The notes beneath the pieces were generated by a model. It saw only the letters and a program-made list of their open reading frames with translations, searched no databases and was not told the origin of the DNA. A DNA stretch of 64,000 bases from an uncultured virus (IMG/VR IMGVR_UViG_3300028590_000007). Its lineage: Duplodnaviria > Heunggongvirae > Uroviricota > Caudoviricetes. A program made the position numbers and the translations under genes. The stretch lies in IMG/VR virus record IMGVR_UViG_3300028590_000007; one strand, written 5' to 3'. This document shows, piece by piece, positions 30,584-41,180 of the stretch (positions are counted from its first letter, which is position 1; each line of letters starts with the position of its first letter).

Positions 30584-32728
30584 TCAAGAGACGAATTGGT
30601 CGAAGCCGCCTGAGAACCCGATGTAGATCAGACGTGCCGAAGTCAGCGTAGAGATACTGACATTACTTCCATTGTTAACTCTGCAGGTGCCACTGCCTGT
30701 AACAGTCATCGTCTGAGTCGAGCTATTACGTACGATGAAATGTTGACCTACTTGCATGGTACCAAGGCTGTCTATAGTCAGAGTATGTCCGCCAGAGTTG
30801 TAGATACCGATGTATACCTTGCCTGCCGGATTGCCACCAGAGTAAGTGGAGATGTCGAGAGAAGCAGAGGAGGCCAGACCAACAATATCGTAAGGAAGAG
30901 TCTCCAAGTCCGTAATGTCAGCCATTACGTGAGTGTGCGTTCTGTCCGCTGCATCAAGGAAGATCCGAGCATCGTTGTCGTTCAACGCCACAAGGAAGTC
31001 CTCCATGAACGGCTCCACGTCGACAATATCCTCTACAGTAATAGTGTGGGTGTGCGATGTAGAGGGTACATCCAGAGCAGTACGCCATGCTGCTGCATTC
31101 GCCAACGAGGCAAGGGTACCAGAGAAATAGATGTCAACGCCAGTGATGGACGCTATAGCGTGAGTATGAGAAGTGGAAGCCGCGTCTAGGTAACTGCGTG
31201 CACTTGTTGCCGTAGTTGCAGTTGCCAAGTTAAGACCAAGAGTGGAGAAACCACTAGTGATATCACTGAGGCTATGCGTATGCGATGCTGCTGCAGCAGA
31301 GATCGTGGCGCGAGCTGAGGCTGCATCGACAGTTGCGAGTAGGGACGCACCAGTGACACCGGCATTGGAGATTTGACTGATCGTATGGGTGTGTACTGTA
31401 GAGGGTACACCAAGCGTGGTCCTGATTGCAGTAGCGTCTGCACCAGTGAGCACTGCTCTGCCAGTTGAACTGGAGTCACTGATATCAACAGCGGTAATGC
31501 CGAGAGCAGACTTGGCAGCAGACGCTGAAGTCGTGGCTAGCAGGGTACTACCAAAGGAGCCTTTATAGCTGGAGACGACCCATGTGGTGTCATACTGATC
31601 AATGTCATAAGTACCAGCAGGAAGGATCACCGATGCGCCCAGCGAGTTACCCGAGTCAGAGACTAGGGTCGCAGGCGATGTGACATTGACTGTGAAGGTG
31701 TAGCCAGTACCAACGAACACGCTGATCTTACTATGCGTGTTCGTATAATTGGCGGGGTTGATGTTAACCGCACTCGAAACAGAATTGACGATATACTTCT
31801 TAGTACCAGAGCTGTTGATCAGGTTGAAGGAACCGGTATTAACAACCACCAGATCCATGGACCCCTGACTGGAGAGCGCATCAATGGCTGTGCGAGCATC
31901 GGCTGCGGAAGCTACGGCCATCAGTGTTTTACCCAGCGCGGAAGTGTCGGTGATGTCGTTGATGACGTGCGTGTGGACTTCGTTGGCAGCATCAATCAGA
32001 TCCCGAACCACCGAAGCAGAAGCAGCCCCAGCAATGCTGCGACCAAGAGAAGTCGTATCAGTGATGTCTGTGAGAACATGGACATGAGAGGCTGCCGCCG
32101 CAGCGATTGCTGCACGTGCGTTAAGTTGCGAAGAAGCACCCAACACGGCTCTGCCAATCGCAGTGGAGTCACTGATCTCAGAAGCGGTGTGCGTATGCGA
32201 AGAAGGCGCTCCGCCGATGATGGTGAGCACTGAGCCTCCGGATGCTGCGGTCATGATCAGGCGACCAGTGGCGGTGGCATCGGACAGCTGGCTTACAGTA
32301 TGGTTATGGGCATTACCCATCAGGGACTGCAGCTTGTCCCAGCGAACCGTAAAGGTGCTCTCCCTAGCAGAAGGAATGACAATGGGAAGGCGAGAGTTAG
32401 CAGGGAGGCTATTACCCTTGAAAGGAGGAAGCGAGGAGAAGGGTATACCCCTGTCCGGACCTTCCGTTACGATCTCGGCGTCTTCACTACCAGCCAACCA
32501 CGACAACACGTAGTCATCGGTATCAGGAGGGGTAATCAGATCCACAGTGAAACCTGTTTCTGATCTAGAGGTAACAACAGCTTCAAGCCAAAGCTGCGAT
32601 TCAGCCTCCGCAGCATTGTAAACATCCGTATGGATCAGCTGTGGAGGAGCCGTGAATGCAGAAGGATAGGAGACCTCATAAGAGACCTCACCAGTTACCA
32701 AAGAAAGTAGACCTTGTTGAAGCGCCAT
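30584..32728 (-). CDS. tail fibre-like protein with HTH(x)ISD repeats
   Basis: About ten (S)HTHxxxDITD..G..LL.A..A..AR..I repeats (phage tail repeat-like). Confidence 0.8.
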   Translation of the reverse strand: MALQQGLLSLVTGEVSYEVSYPSAFTAPPQLIHTDVYNAAEAESQLWLEAVVTSRSETGFTVDLITPPDTDDYVLSWLAGSEDAEIVTEGPDRGIPFSSLPPFKGNSLPANSRLPIVIPSARESTFTVRWDKLQSLMGNAHNHTVSQLSDATATGRLIMTAASGGSVLTIIGGAPSSHTHTASEISDSTAIGRAVLGASSQLNARAAIAAAAASHVHVLTDITDTTSLGRSIAGAASASVVRDLIDAANEVHTHVINDITDTSALGKTLMAVASAADARTAIDALSSQGSMDLVVVNTGSFNLINSSGTKKYIVNSVSSAVNINPANYTNTHSKISVFVGTGYTFTVNVTSPATLVSDSGNSLGASVILPAGTYDIDQYDTTWVVSSYKGSFGSTLLATTSASAAKSALGITAVDISDSSSTGRAVLTGADATAIRTTLGVPSTVHTHTISQISNAGVTGASLLATVDAASARATISAAAASHTHSLSDITSGFSTLGLNLATATTATSARSYLDAASTSHTHAIASITGVDIYFSGTLASLANAAAWRTALDVPSTSHTHTITVEDIVDVEPFMEDFLVALNDNDARIFLDAADRTHTHVMADITDLETLPYDIVGLASSASLDISTYSGGNPAGKVYIGIYNSGGHTLTIDSLGTMQVGQHFIVRNSSTQTMTVTGSGTCRVNNGSNVSISTLTSARLIYIGFSGGFDQFVS

Positions 32729-32742
32729 AACTACACCCTGTA

Positions 32743-33087
32743 TTATAGATCCTTAGGCTTGTCTTGTCGCTTCTTTTTATTGTATCTCTGACAAGCTCTC
32801 TTGGCTACAGGTACAGCATTCCATAGTAATGCATCAGACATCCTGATGATGGCCTCGATCTGATCCTCTGTAAACAGGTAAGCCAAACCAGAGTAAGCGA
32901 ATAAGGCATGATGCAACTCATGCCTTACAGTCCCTTCAAACAGGGCGGTATCTTTGACTGTATTGGGATGCAGTATGATTGCGTCCCTTTCATAGTCGTA
33001 GTTACCGTGGTCCTCTAATGAAGGGTCTTCGATTACGGGGATCTTGCGACCTGCTATCTTCAAATTAAATAGCAACGTCTCTGCCAT
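32743..33087 (-). CDS. small zincin-like metallopeptidase
   Basis: HELHH (HExxH) motif with a downstream Glu. Confidence 0.65.
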   Translation of the reverse strand: MAETLLFNLKIAGRKIPVIEDPSLEDHGNYDYERDAIILHPNTVKDTALFEGTVRHELHHALFAYSGLAYLFTEDQIEAIIRMSDALLWNAVPVAKRACQRYNKKKRQDKPKDL

Positions 33088-33097
33088 ACAATCAGGA

Positions 33098-34468
33098 TTA
33101 TACCTGACCGGGTTCGGATCTCCAGCTCAAATTAGGAAGCAGGTGTTTCCACGTTTCGTAAATGGATTTATTCTTGTGGTAGGAGTTAGGAAGCAATATC
33201 GCCTTACGTCCTGCTACGAGGGCGGAGATAGCGAAGTGCAGACAGTCTGTTTCCACCTCCCTATACCTAGCTGCACTCCTGACGTAATCCATAGCAGTCT
33301 TCATTCCGAGCCGGGGATCATTCTTAGGGTGCGACGGAAAGAAGGATTCTATATCGTCACGTAAGAAGACGCCCTTTTCATTAGGAGGGTCAGGGAACTT
33401 CAGAAGTGGGATGGAGAACGCGAAGTCCGGGACAATACGTGTGTCTTTGTGTTTGGACATATCAAACGAGGTCTGCTCCCGTACAAACAGAATGTCCGCC
33501 AGATCCAGATGCGGGCGGTACTCTTCGATAGTCTGCGGAAACACGATCACCTTCTTGCCTAGCGGTTTGACAGCCTTAGCCAGTCCAACAAGGATATGAT
33601 CATGGTTCCAACTTCCTGAGACACCTCCACCTCCCCCGTATGCATAAATGTCAGCTTGAGGGAGGTTCGTAGATGTCTTGGAATCATAGATACCGTGTTC
33701 AATCCCATTACGTTTGAACAGGGAAACCATACCTTCAACTATAAGGTCATCCCCTACATTACCGGGAGGTTTGATTACTACGACCGACTTACCTCTGAGT
33801 TCTTTCAGTAGAGGTTCGAAGTTACTATCTGGGACCAGTACATCGTCAGCGTTCAAGGAACGGGGCGGCATGTACTCGCCGGTTCGGTCGGAGAAGCCCT
33901 CCACCGTTGAGAAGTACATCTTGGGTAGGCGCAGGATTCTTGTACCTACATCTTTGCACGCGAGAGCAATAAGCTGCTCGTAGCATACTGCTTTAGCTTT
34001 GAGGGGTTTGGTGGCTGCGTTCTCGTAGGCAGCTAACAGCCATCCATTACTCTTAAGTAGGGGAGCATCATACAACACCGCTTGAGTTCCATGATATGGA
34101 AGAAAGACTTCATAGAACCCGGTACCCGTGGAAACCGAGTACAGCACTTCAGCACCCAGCAAGAAGATACCTTCGCCTTCAGGAGCTTCAAAAGTCAGTG
34201 TCTTAAGTTCCTCCACGTTCTGCGGTAGAGCATCATCCTCCAAAACAAGGACCATTCCTTTGGCTTCTTTAACTGCCTTGAGGTGGCTTAGCGAACACCC
34301 ACGAATAGCACGAGCTGTCCTGTCCATTTCCCAGTCTGGGGTAATGGCATTCATAATCCGTGATTTGGGAAAGATCTTTCGAACCTCTGCAATAGCTGGC
34401 TCGCGGTCTACTCGTGTAGGAGAGTGGATGATTACGACTTCGCACTCCTGTAAAGAAATAAGGCTCAT
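33098..34468 (-). CDS. fusion of GT25-like glycosyltransferase and polysaccharide pyruvyl transferase-like domain
   Basis: GCSLSH..VLVLEDDA..GTQA (GT25); GNVGDDLI, GGGG, FPQTI, FVRE, PDFAF, TDCLH and NSYHK (pyruvyl transferase). Confidence 0.8.
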   Translation of the reverse strand: MSLISLQECEVVIIHSPTRVDREPAIAEVRKIFPKSRIMNAITPDWEMDRTARAIRGCSLSHLKAVKEAKGMVLVLEDDALPQNVEELKTLTFEAPEGEGIFLLGAEVLYSVSTGTGFYEVFLPYHGTQAVLYDAPLLKSNGWLLAAYENAATKPLKAKAVCYEQLIALACKDVGTRILRLPKMYFSTVEGFSDRTGEYMPPRSLNADDVLVPDSNFEPLLKELRGKSVVVIKPPGNVGDDLIVEGMVSLFKRNGIEHGIYDSKTSTNLPQADIYAYGGGGGVSGSWNHDHILVGLAKAVKPLGKKVIVFPQTIEEYRPHLDLADILFVREQTSFDMSKHKDTRIVPDFAFSIPLLKFPDPPNEKGVFLRDDIESFFPSHPKNDPRLGMKTAMDYVRSAARYREVETDCLHFAISALVAGRKAILLPNSYHKNKSIYETWKHLLPNLSWRSEPGQV

Positions 34469-34501
34469 TGCTGGAGCAACTAAACCCCAGCAATGAGCCT
34501 T
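34460..34501 (-). terminator. 15-bp perfect inverted repeat overlapping a promoter and a start codon
   Basis: AAGGCTCATTGCTGG/CCAGCAATGAGCCTT followed by ATTTCTTT. Confidence 0.7.
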
Positions 34502-34520
34502 GTGTCAACTTTATTTATGA

Positions 34521-37500
34521 TTAACCCCTCAGGTCATTCAAGTAGTCCATCAGATGTGCGTCAATGGTATCAAGAGATGCCGCTACTGCGTAAACATCTC
34601 CTTTGAAGAACCTGCTGGAGGTACCATCTATGTAACCGCCCACAGAGCTACCCATAGTCGGAGTGTTGAATGTACCGGCTCTGGAGTAGCGGGGAACCAG
34701 GTCGTTAACGTATACATAGGCTTGGCTACTACCATTCTTCATAGCAATAACCCCTCCGTCCTCTAGATTCACCGTAGTGGACATCCACTCCAGTGCATCA
34801 TGTATACAGACACCGTAGGAGCCGGGAACATCAAACGAACTTCCTGCAGCACCGGAGCCAATAGACCAGCCAGTACCCAGCCCTCCATTACTGAAGGCAG
34901 AGCCTCCGGAATCGCTGTCAGGTCTGCAGACCACATAGGTCGTCAAATCTGTAGAGTTATCAGCGAGCGTAGTATTGGAGATAAGGATCTTTCTGGTACC
35001 TCCGGGGAAATTAACCACAGGAACACCGTAACGGAACCTAAGTGTTGGGCGCTGAGATGAATCCGGAGCTGTATACACTAGGCCAGATGAGGTCAATACG
35101 TCTTTCCACACGTAGATAGGATCTCCATCTTCCATTGCTGGAATGGTCATAGCAGCGTCTTGATAGAGACCTAATGGGACATTGTCGCCATTGTGAGTCT
35201 GCAGACGAAGCTGATACGATGGAGGCGGTCTAAGGGAGTGGGAGTGCTGCGCTACTTTCTGCAGATCTGCGAATGATAGGTATGCAGTACCTGCGAAGTA
35301 CCCCGTTCCTTTATGCGTAGAAATGGAATATCCCGCTCCTCCGCTAATATCCGTACCATGCACAGCAAGTTCCAGATTACCAAGTGAAGCAGAGAAGGGA
35401 GAACTTAGTGTACCTGTGGTTTCGATATTGGACGTGGGGGTAATGGTGACCTGCCTAACGCTAGTTCCATTCCACGTCACGGCTACCGTATTCCATTTAT
35501 TAGCAGTTACAGCTTGCGCGTTAACCGGACCGGTCACACCGATGTGCCCAAGGCCATAGATATTAGTAGTATTATCGCGACATAGGGCGGCTCCCCCGCT
35601 GCTGACTCCAAGCAATGTACCATAGGGCGCGGTTTCTTCGGCAAGGAATGTGGCCACCAAGAAACCTGATGAGTTGATGCTGGTGGCTGGGAGGTCTGTA
35701 ACCATACGAACTGTACCCCCGGTCATTGCTAGCACCGGAGTACCGTTGATGTAGTCAACTGATGGGCGTTTACCTGCGTCGGTCTGCGTTCCAACACCAT
35801 CAATACCGCTCCAAGTATGTACAAGATCCCCATCAGCAACTGCAGGAGTCTCACCTGAGTCTTTCCTCATTTTATACGGGAAAGGCGTTCTATCTCCCAA
35901 ATGCGATTGAAGTCTGAGACTAAAATCAATATCTACGATAGGGTCCACCGGAATCTGCGATCCAAGGTAATTACGAATGACTGTACGGTCGCCGTCCAGA
36001 GTATCCGATGCGCGGCTGACGAAGATTACTTCTCGCACAGTACCGGACCATGTGGAGGGGCGGGAGTCTCCTATAACAGGATCCTCTCCTAAGGCAAACG
36101 TATTGTCACCAGTGGCGTGAAGTAACGTACTGTTCAACCAAGCTTTCCAATAACCATTCTTACTGGAGACTTCATATATGTACCAGTCCGACAGGACGGT
36201 GGAGGGGTTGCCAACAACCTTCCTTACATTACTGGCAAAATCATCATAGATTATCCCGTCCAGATATGGCATATGGCCACCATATTCCGCACCATTTCCT
36301 ACATCACCAATTAGACCTCCATCGCCGGTTCCGATCACTGGTGGATCAAGGTTGTTCTTTGCCAAGACAAATACGGACAGCTCTGAATATCCTTCTCCTT
36401 CAAAGGTTGGTAAATGGAGGCGGTCGCCAACTCCATCAAATCTTACACCAGTTTCATACAACGTCGGTGCAGAACCTACAGTATCAGATGTACCGGCACC
36501 GGCAAGTGTTCCACGGTTAGGCCACGACATGACAGACGCTCCGATACCGTCAAGGTCAGTATAGCGATATCGTGCGACAACGTCTGGCACGTTGACAATA
36601 GGATCCGTGTAGTTGTGGAACGATCTGAGGTCCACAACTTCAGGAAGATAGTACGTAGCAATACCTGCGGCTGCGTCTACAGCTGAGATGATAGCTTCCC
36701 AGTCACGATTGTAGTAGTAGGGACCTCTGTGAGGGTAGTACCAATGACTCAGCAATACCAGCTCTCCATTTACAGGGATTACAGAGGGACCTCCAGAATC
36801 TCCCGCAACAGGATAGCGGAAGAAGGGGGACAGATTGTCTCCGGACAAGGTTCCATATGTAGCACTGGTAATGGAATCATCTAGATACTCCAGAGTATAA
36901 ACAGCTGCCTCTCCAAATTGATTCCTACCAAACGTATGAACGCCCCACTCGGTCTTCCTGAGGTAGTCACCAAGGTTGTCAGGCGGAATCAGTAGAGGCT
37001 TGATGACAGATGGTAAATCCTCGTTGAGTGCGGCTATGGCAATGTCAGTTCCCGGAACGAAGTAGGTTGCCAAGACTGTTCTATCGTAGACATCATCATC
37101 AGCACTTACAAACCTTACAGTGCTGCCTGTAGGGAATGGATTGCCGTAGTGGACTGCTCCGACAATATGCCGAGGGGTAATGAGATTGGCAGCCGATGTT
37201 TGACCCCACACGGAGTTCCACACTGCCATACCTGACATACCGGCTGCAAAATCAGCACACCACACATCAGTATTACGGACATAGGACGCCTCCGTATGGG
37301 CAGCGGAAGAAAATATCTTCCACGTAGTCGGACTGACTGTTAGCCCTTCGGTTCTACCATCGATTTCGTCAAAGATATGCTTTGCGAGGGATCCGTCAGC
37401 CCACCTCGAAAAGGTATATGTTTCCGCAGGATCCAGTAGCTCTACATTGACCGTGAACTTCTGGGTCCTTGGTCCTGTGTAAGCCATAATCTCCGCTGCA

Positions 37501-37775
37501 CCATCAGATACATACGTGATATTTCCTTCCGCGTCCACTGTGGCAATGGAAGGATCCAGACTGGCGAAGGTACCGTTGTTACCGAACCCCCTAGGTACGA
37601 GAACGCCTTCCTTATAGTAGGAAGCACCTTCATGCGCCCAGAGAACAGCGTCCTCTTGTACCTCTTCAGTAGTACTACCGGGGTCTGCAATGCGTTGGGT
37701 GTACTGCAAAGCGTACCCATCATTGGGCAGCTTGCCTACAAGATAATGCGAACTAGAGCTGTCACCGACAATCAT
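34521..37775 (-). CDS. virion/tail protein: Ig-like + trypsin-like serine protease + LamG-like domains
   Basis: PSIATVDAEG (Big_2-like); LITPRHIVGAVH, DIAIAAL and GDSGGP catalytic-triad motifs; repeated ConA/LamG-like beta domains. Confidence 0.78.
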   Translation of the reverse strand: MIVGDSSSSHYLVGKLPNDGYALQYTQRIADPGSTTEEVQEDAVLWAHEGASYYKEGVLVPRGFGNNGTFASLDPSIATVDAEGNITYVSDGAAEIMAYTGPRTQKFTVNVELLDPAETYTFSRWADGSLAKHIFDEIDGRTEGLTVSPTTWKIFSSAAHTEASYVRNTDVWCADFAAGMSGMAVWNSVWGQTSAANLITPRHIVGAVHYGNPFPTGSTVRFVSADDDVYDRTVLATYFVPGTDIAIAALNEDLPSVIKPLLIPPDNLGDYLRKTEWGVHTFGRNQFGEAAVYTLEYLDDSITSATYGTLSGDNLSPFFRYPVAGDSGGPSVIPVNGELVLLSHWYYPHRGPYYYNRDWEAIISAVDAAAGIATYYLPEVVDLRSFHNYTDPIVNVPDVVARYRYTDLDGIGASVMSWPNRGTLAGAGTSDTVGSAPTLYETGVRFDGVGDRLHLPTFEGEGYSELSVFVLAKNNLDPPVIGTGDGGLIGDVGNGAEYGGHMPYLDGIIYDDFASNVRKVVGNPSTVLSDWYIYEVSSKNGYWKAWLNSTLLHATGDNTFALGEDPVIGDSRPSTWSGTVREVIFVSRASDTLDGDRTVIRNYLGSQIPVDPIVDIDFSLRLQSHLGDRTPFPYKMRKDSGETPAVADGDLVHTWSGIDGVGTQTDAGKRPSVDYINGTPVLAMTGGTVRMVTDLPATSINSSGFLVATFLAEETAPYGTLLGVSSGGAALCRDNTTNIYGLGHIGVTGPVNAQAVTANKWNTVAVTWNGTSVRQVTITPTSNIETTGTLSSPFSASLGNLELAVHGTDISGGAGYSISTHKGTGYFAGTAYLSFADLQKVAQHSHSLRPPPSYQLRLQTHNGDNVPLGLYQDAAMTIPAMEDGDPIYVWKDVLTSSGLVYTAPDSSQRPTLRFRYGVPVVNFPGGTRKILISNTTLADNSTDLTTYVVCRPDSDSGGSAFSNGGLGTGWSIGSGAAGSSFDVPGSYGVCIHDALEWMSTTVNLEDGGVIAMKNGSSQAYVYVNDLVPRYSRAGTFNTPTMGSSVGGYIDGTSSRFFKGDVYAVAASLDTIDAHLMDYLNDLRG

Positions 37776-39583
37776 TACGAAGAAGCATACATTAGGGTAG
37801 CACCGTTACAAGCAAGAAGCAGAGCCGAGGCGGACCCCAGAGCAACGGAATCATTTATTTTGAAAACAACAGAACGGGGATCGTTCACTGTAGATTCGGT
37901 GTAGAATCCGGTGTATACCACATTGTGAGGAAATATCTCCCGCATATAATGGTTTACCTGCCCATAGTAACCCGGACCGGACGCATTGAATACAACCTCC
38001 GTGTTGTAATTGTATGTATCGAATTCTATAACACCGGTTCCACCTGCCGATACCGGCGAGTACGATTGGTTGATCGTAACTTTATCTGCATTCAGCGGCA
38101 GCGTAACTATCCCGTCGATGAGGTTCAGGTAATCTACGTAGTCAGGGTGACTTGAAAGCGTATAGATCTGATGACCGCGCCAAGGAAGCTCACCAGCCAC
38201 CGTGACCCCATCTCCCATACCAGTACAGTAGTTGAAATAAGGCACAGTGAACAGCTCACCTGCAGCAGGTACGTCCGTGCTAAGATCACCGTACGGGATC
38301 TCGCGGGGCTTCAGCCCAGCAACAGGCCACTCCCCATCAAAGTTAAGACGGGGAACTTTGGCAATGGAAGCAACATCCTTGATACCGATAACGTCAGGCT
38401 GATCAACCAAGAACAACACTTGTCCATTGTTGAGCTTGTTGAAGTATAGGCGAGGATTAGTGAAATTAGCGGGGGCGGGAGCCGTACCCCCCGAAATCCA
38501 CGTCCAGTTGCCTCCGGGGCTGTCCACGTTAGGACCTCCACCGACACGTCTCCACAAACGGTGATCAGGGAACCCGAGGGTTCCCAATGGGTTTTCATAT
38601 AGAAGTTCCCATGCACTATTGACGCTGGACCAAGTCATACTGACGCCGCCGAAAAATTCGTGAACAGGGGTGCCGTTTTTATAATAGGCCAGCTTGCCGT
38701 TAACGATGTCACCGTTAGTGTACCACTCTCCCCAGAAGTAATAATCTTCCGGCAACATGTTACGAGAAGGGTACACCCAAAACGAGTCCCAGTAAGCTGT
38801 GGGATCTTCAGGCTCTTCCTCTAATTGAATAGCCGTTCTGGAACGTGTTTCGACCATCCTGAGTACAGTAGTCGAAGTTGTAGCAGTGCTGTTTTCTGCA
38901 AAGGGCTGTGGTTGATAACCGGAGAACCACCCGATGTCGCCTTCCATGATCATGGCGGCGGAACCTCCGTGAAGAGTGTTACTGATCTTCACCACAGGAT
39001 ATGTGTTGTTAGCAGTAGAGCCGGTGAAGGTCGTAACCTGTCCAGTCGTAGTGGTATGCTGCGCGTTAGCCAGTGGTGCCTTCAGAGCAAGGTCCGAGAC
39101 AAGGTTAACTACGGTCGACTGATCTTGAGTACCGGTGTGATTGGAACGGGCAAGCAGGGAAGCGTTGTCAAGGTTAGCGGTAGCACCCGGAGAAATGTTG
39201 GAAAGCTTGATATGCTCCGCGGAAGTCATGAAGCCCGATTGAAGACTGTCCACGTAAGCATGGGCAGATCCTCCAGCTCCTATATGACTGCTCAATGAAG
39301 ACGACACGAAAGACAGTTCGTCTGTAAGAACGGACACATCAGTAGAAAGATCTGAGACTTCTGTCGTAAGATCATCCACGGCATCTTCAAACCCGACTAT
39401 GTCTGATGATTTGGCAAGTTCAGCCCATCCACCATCCGTCGGAAACTTATAGTAAATACGATTACCGTCCGATGCAGTCTGTCCAAAGTCTCCCGGAGTT
39501 TCAGGATCAACATTAGACGGAATACCAAAGTAAGGGTCTGGAATACCATTCCCGAAAGGGTTAGTTACAACGAAATCCGACAT
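37775..39583 (-). CDS. tail/structural protein
   Basis: N-terminal coiled coil, GFMT..EHIKL..I and RSNHTGTQ fibre-type motifs. Confidence 0.65.
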   Translation of the reverse strand: MSDFVVTNPFGNGIPDPYFGIPSNVDPETPGDFGQTASDGNRIYYKFPTDGGWAELAKSSDIVGFEDAVDDLTTEVSDLSTDVSVLTDELSFVSSSLSSHIGAGGSAHAYVDSLQSGFMTSAEHIKLSNISPGATANLDNASLLARSNHTGTQDQSTVVNLVSDLALKAPLANAQHTTTTGQVTTFTGSTANNTYPVVKISNTLHGGSAAMIMEGDIGWFSGYQPQPFAENSTATTSTTVLRMVETRSRTAIQLEEEPEDPTAYWDSFWVYPSRNMLPEDYYFWGEWYTNGDIVNGKLAYYKNGTPVHEFFGGVSMTWSSVNSAWELLYENPLGTLGFPDHRLWRRVGGGPNVDSPGGNWTWISGGTAPAPANFTNPRLYFNKLNNGQVLFLVDQPDVIGIKDVASIAKVPRLNFDGEWPVAGLKPREIPYGDLSTDVPAAGELFTVPYFNYCTGMGDGVTVAGELPWRGHQIYTLSSHPDYVDYLNLIDGIVTLPLNADKVTINQSYSPVSAGGTGVIEFDTYNYNTEVVFNASGPGYYGQVNHYMREIFPHNVVYTGFYTESTVNDPRSVVFKINDSVALGSASALLLACNGATLMYASS

Positions 39584-40077
39584 ATCAGTACGGTAATTAT
39601 AGTCTATGTAACTACTTACGGAAAGTAGAAATCTACCACGTAGATTTCTACTAGCAAATTATTTTTAGGCAGACCTGTCCTTAAACCCTTTGGCTATTTT
39701 TGTTTTAGCAGTCGCTTTGTCCTTGGTCTTCGTTTCGCCATCCTCTGTCCTGTTACTTTATCACCTTCACTTTCATCTAGCCTCTGCGCGAGTAGCGAGC
39801 GAGAGAGAGCGGAAGCGGCGTTAGGCCGCGATGCGCAGGGCGTTATCCGTCGCAGACTTCGTCTGGCGACACGTTGTCGACTCTAAATCGACTTTTGGGG
39901 GCCCCGAGGCGATGCCTCACCCCTCAAAAGCTCGATTTTTAAAAGGGTTATTTTTAATTGTGTCCCCTTTGTAGACAGTATAGAGAACACTTACATTGTT
40001 TGAACTTAATTACATTTTGTTTGTAACCTCTTTACTGGAGCAGAAACATTGTAAGCATTTTCTCTTGGAATACAGAT

Positions 40078-40105
40078 ATTATACCATAACTTATTTCCAT
40101 GTCAA
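40078..40105 (-). promoter_or_regulatory. consensus sigma70-type promoter
   Basis: TTGACA-16-TATAAT with TGn extension. Confidence 0.75.
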
Positions 40106-40196
40106 GGAAAAAAGTGAGTACAAGGAGATAAAAAAAAGATGTATCTCTGTAAGATACTCTGGGTGAATATCTTACAGAGATGAAAAAAGTATGAAA

Positions 40197-41180
40197 TTAG
40201 ATCAGAAGATTCTCCTGAGTGATAGCTTTGATCAGTTTTTCAACTGTAGGATTATCCTCCTTATATTTCTGAATGATCTGTTCATCCATGTAGTCAGGAT
40301 TTTTTCTTCCTGTATAACAGTGGAATTTGTTATGTAGAAATGCTTTGTTATCCTTATACCTTCCATGGTCTGGTAAACATGAAGCCAAGGAAATAGCCAC
40401 GTGTGGATGCTTCTTAATCAGCTTCAAACTGGCAGCCATATACTTTGCGTATCTCTTGCTCATGTATACTGGTCTGTCCTTGTTCTCCATGTATACCAGA
40501 GCCAAAGCATGTCTGTTCTCCAGATTCAGGAAACCAATGGAGAAAGTCTTCCACCATTGTTTAAGGTAAACATAAGTAGAGAGACCAAGAGCCATTCCCA
40601 TAATGCTGCCCACATCCTTTGGAGAAGTGTGCGCTAGAGCGCCGGTTTGATTCGCAAGTGCCGCGACCCCCAGTACGAATACAGGATATGGGATGGCGAT
40701 ATTGGTGAGATTTTTCTTAACCCATTTCTCCAGTATCGTCAGAGGTTGAAGGACATGCTTATCTAAGTAGGTTGTAATATATTTAGCGGTAAGATCGTTC
40801 ATCCGCTCTTCGTCAATAGCTTGTCCGGGTGCCTCTTCCTTGCATTCTTCTTCCGCTTGTTTCAATGCTGATCTAACACAGAACCAGATCCTATCCTTCC
40901 CCGCTCTCGCACCGTGATTAGCTATACCTGTGCGAAGCAACCAGCCGGGAGGTCTTACAGTAAGTATACGTCCCAGTACGTTGAGGCTGATCACCGACAG
41001 GATCGGGATAGCCATCAGTTTCGGGTTAGCCATCTTGTCCTCCTGTCCAAACCACAGAACAAGCATCAGGATCAACCCAAGCATACTGCCTAGCATGATC
41101 GTAAGGCGTGAAACGTATTCTGGTGGAGCGCAGACCGAGTCTTTCAGGTCTGCTTGGTAGACTTTTGTATGTGGTTGCAT
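40197..41180 (-). CDS. multi-pass membrane hypothetical protein
   Basis: About four hydrophobic segments. Confidence 0.65.
   Translation of the reverse strand: MQPHTKVYQADLKDSVCAPPEYVSRLTIMLGSMLGLILMLVLWFGQEDKMANPKLMAIPILSVISLNVLGRILTVRPPGWLLRTGIANHGARAGKDRIWFCVRSALKQAEEECKEEAPGQAIDEERMNDLTAKYITTYLDKHVLQPLTILEKWVKKNLTNIAIPYPVFVLGVAALANQTGALAHTSPKDVGSIMGMALGLSTYVYLKQWWKTFSIGFLNLENRHALALVYMENKDRPVYMSKRYAKYMAASLKLIKKHPHVAISLASCLPDHGRYKDNKAFLHNKFHCYTGRKNPDYMDEQIIQKYKEDNPTVEKLIKAITQENLLI

Noticed and set aside
30584..32728. Periodic repeats as a possible DGR or tandem array
   Set aside because: Degenerate protein-level tail-fibre repeats; no reverse transcriptase or template/variable repeat pair seen
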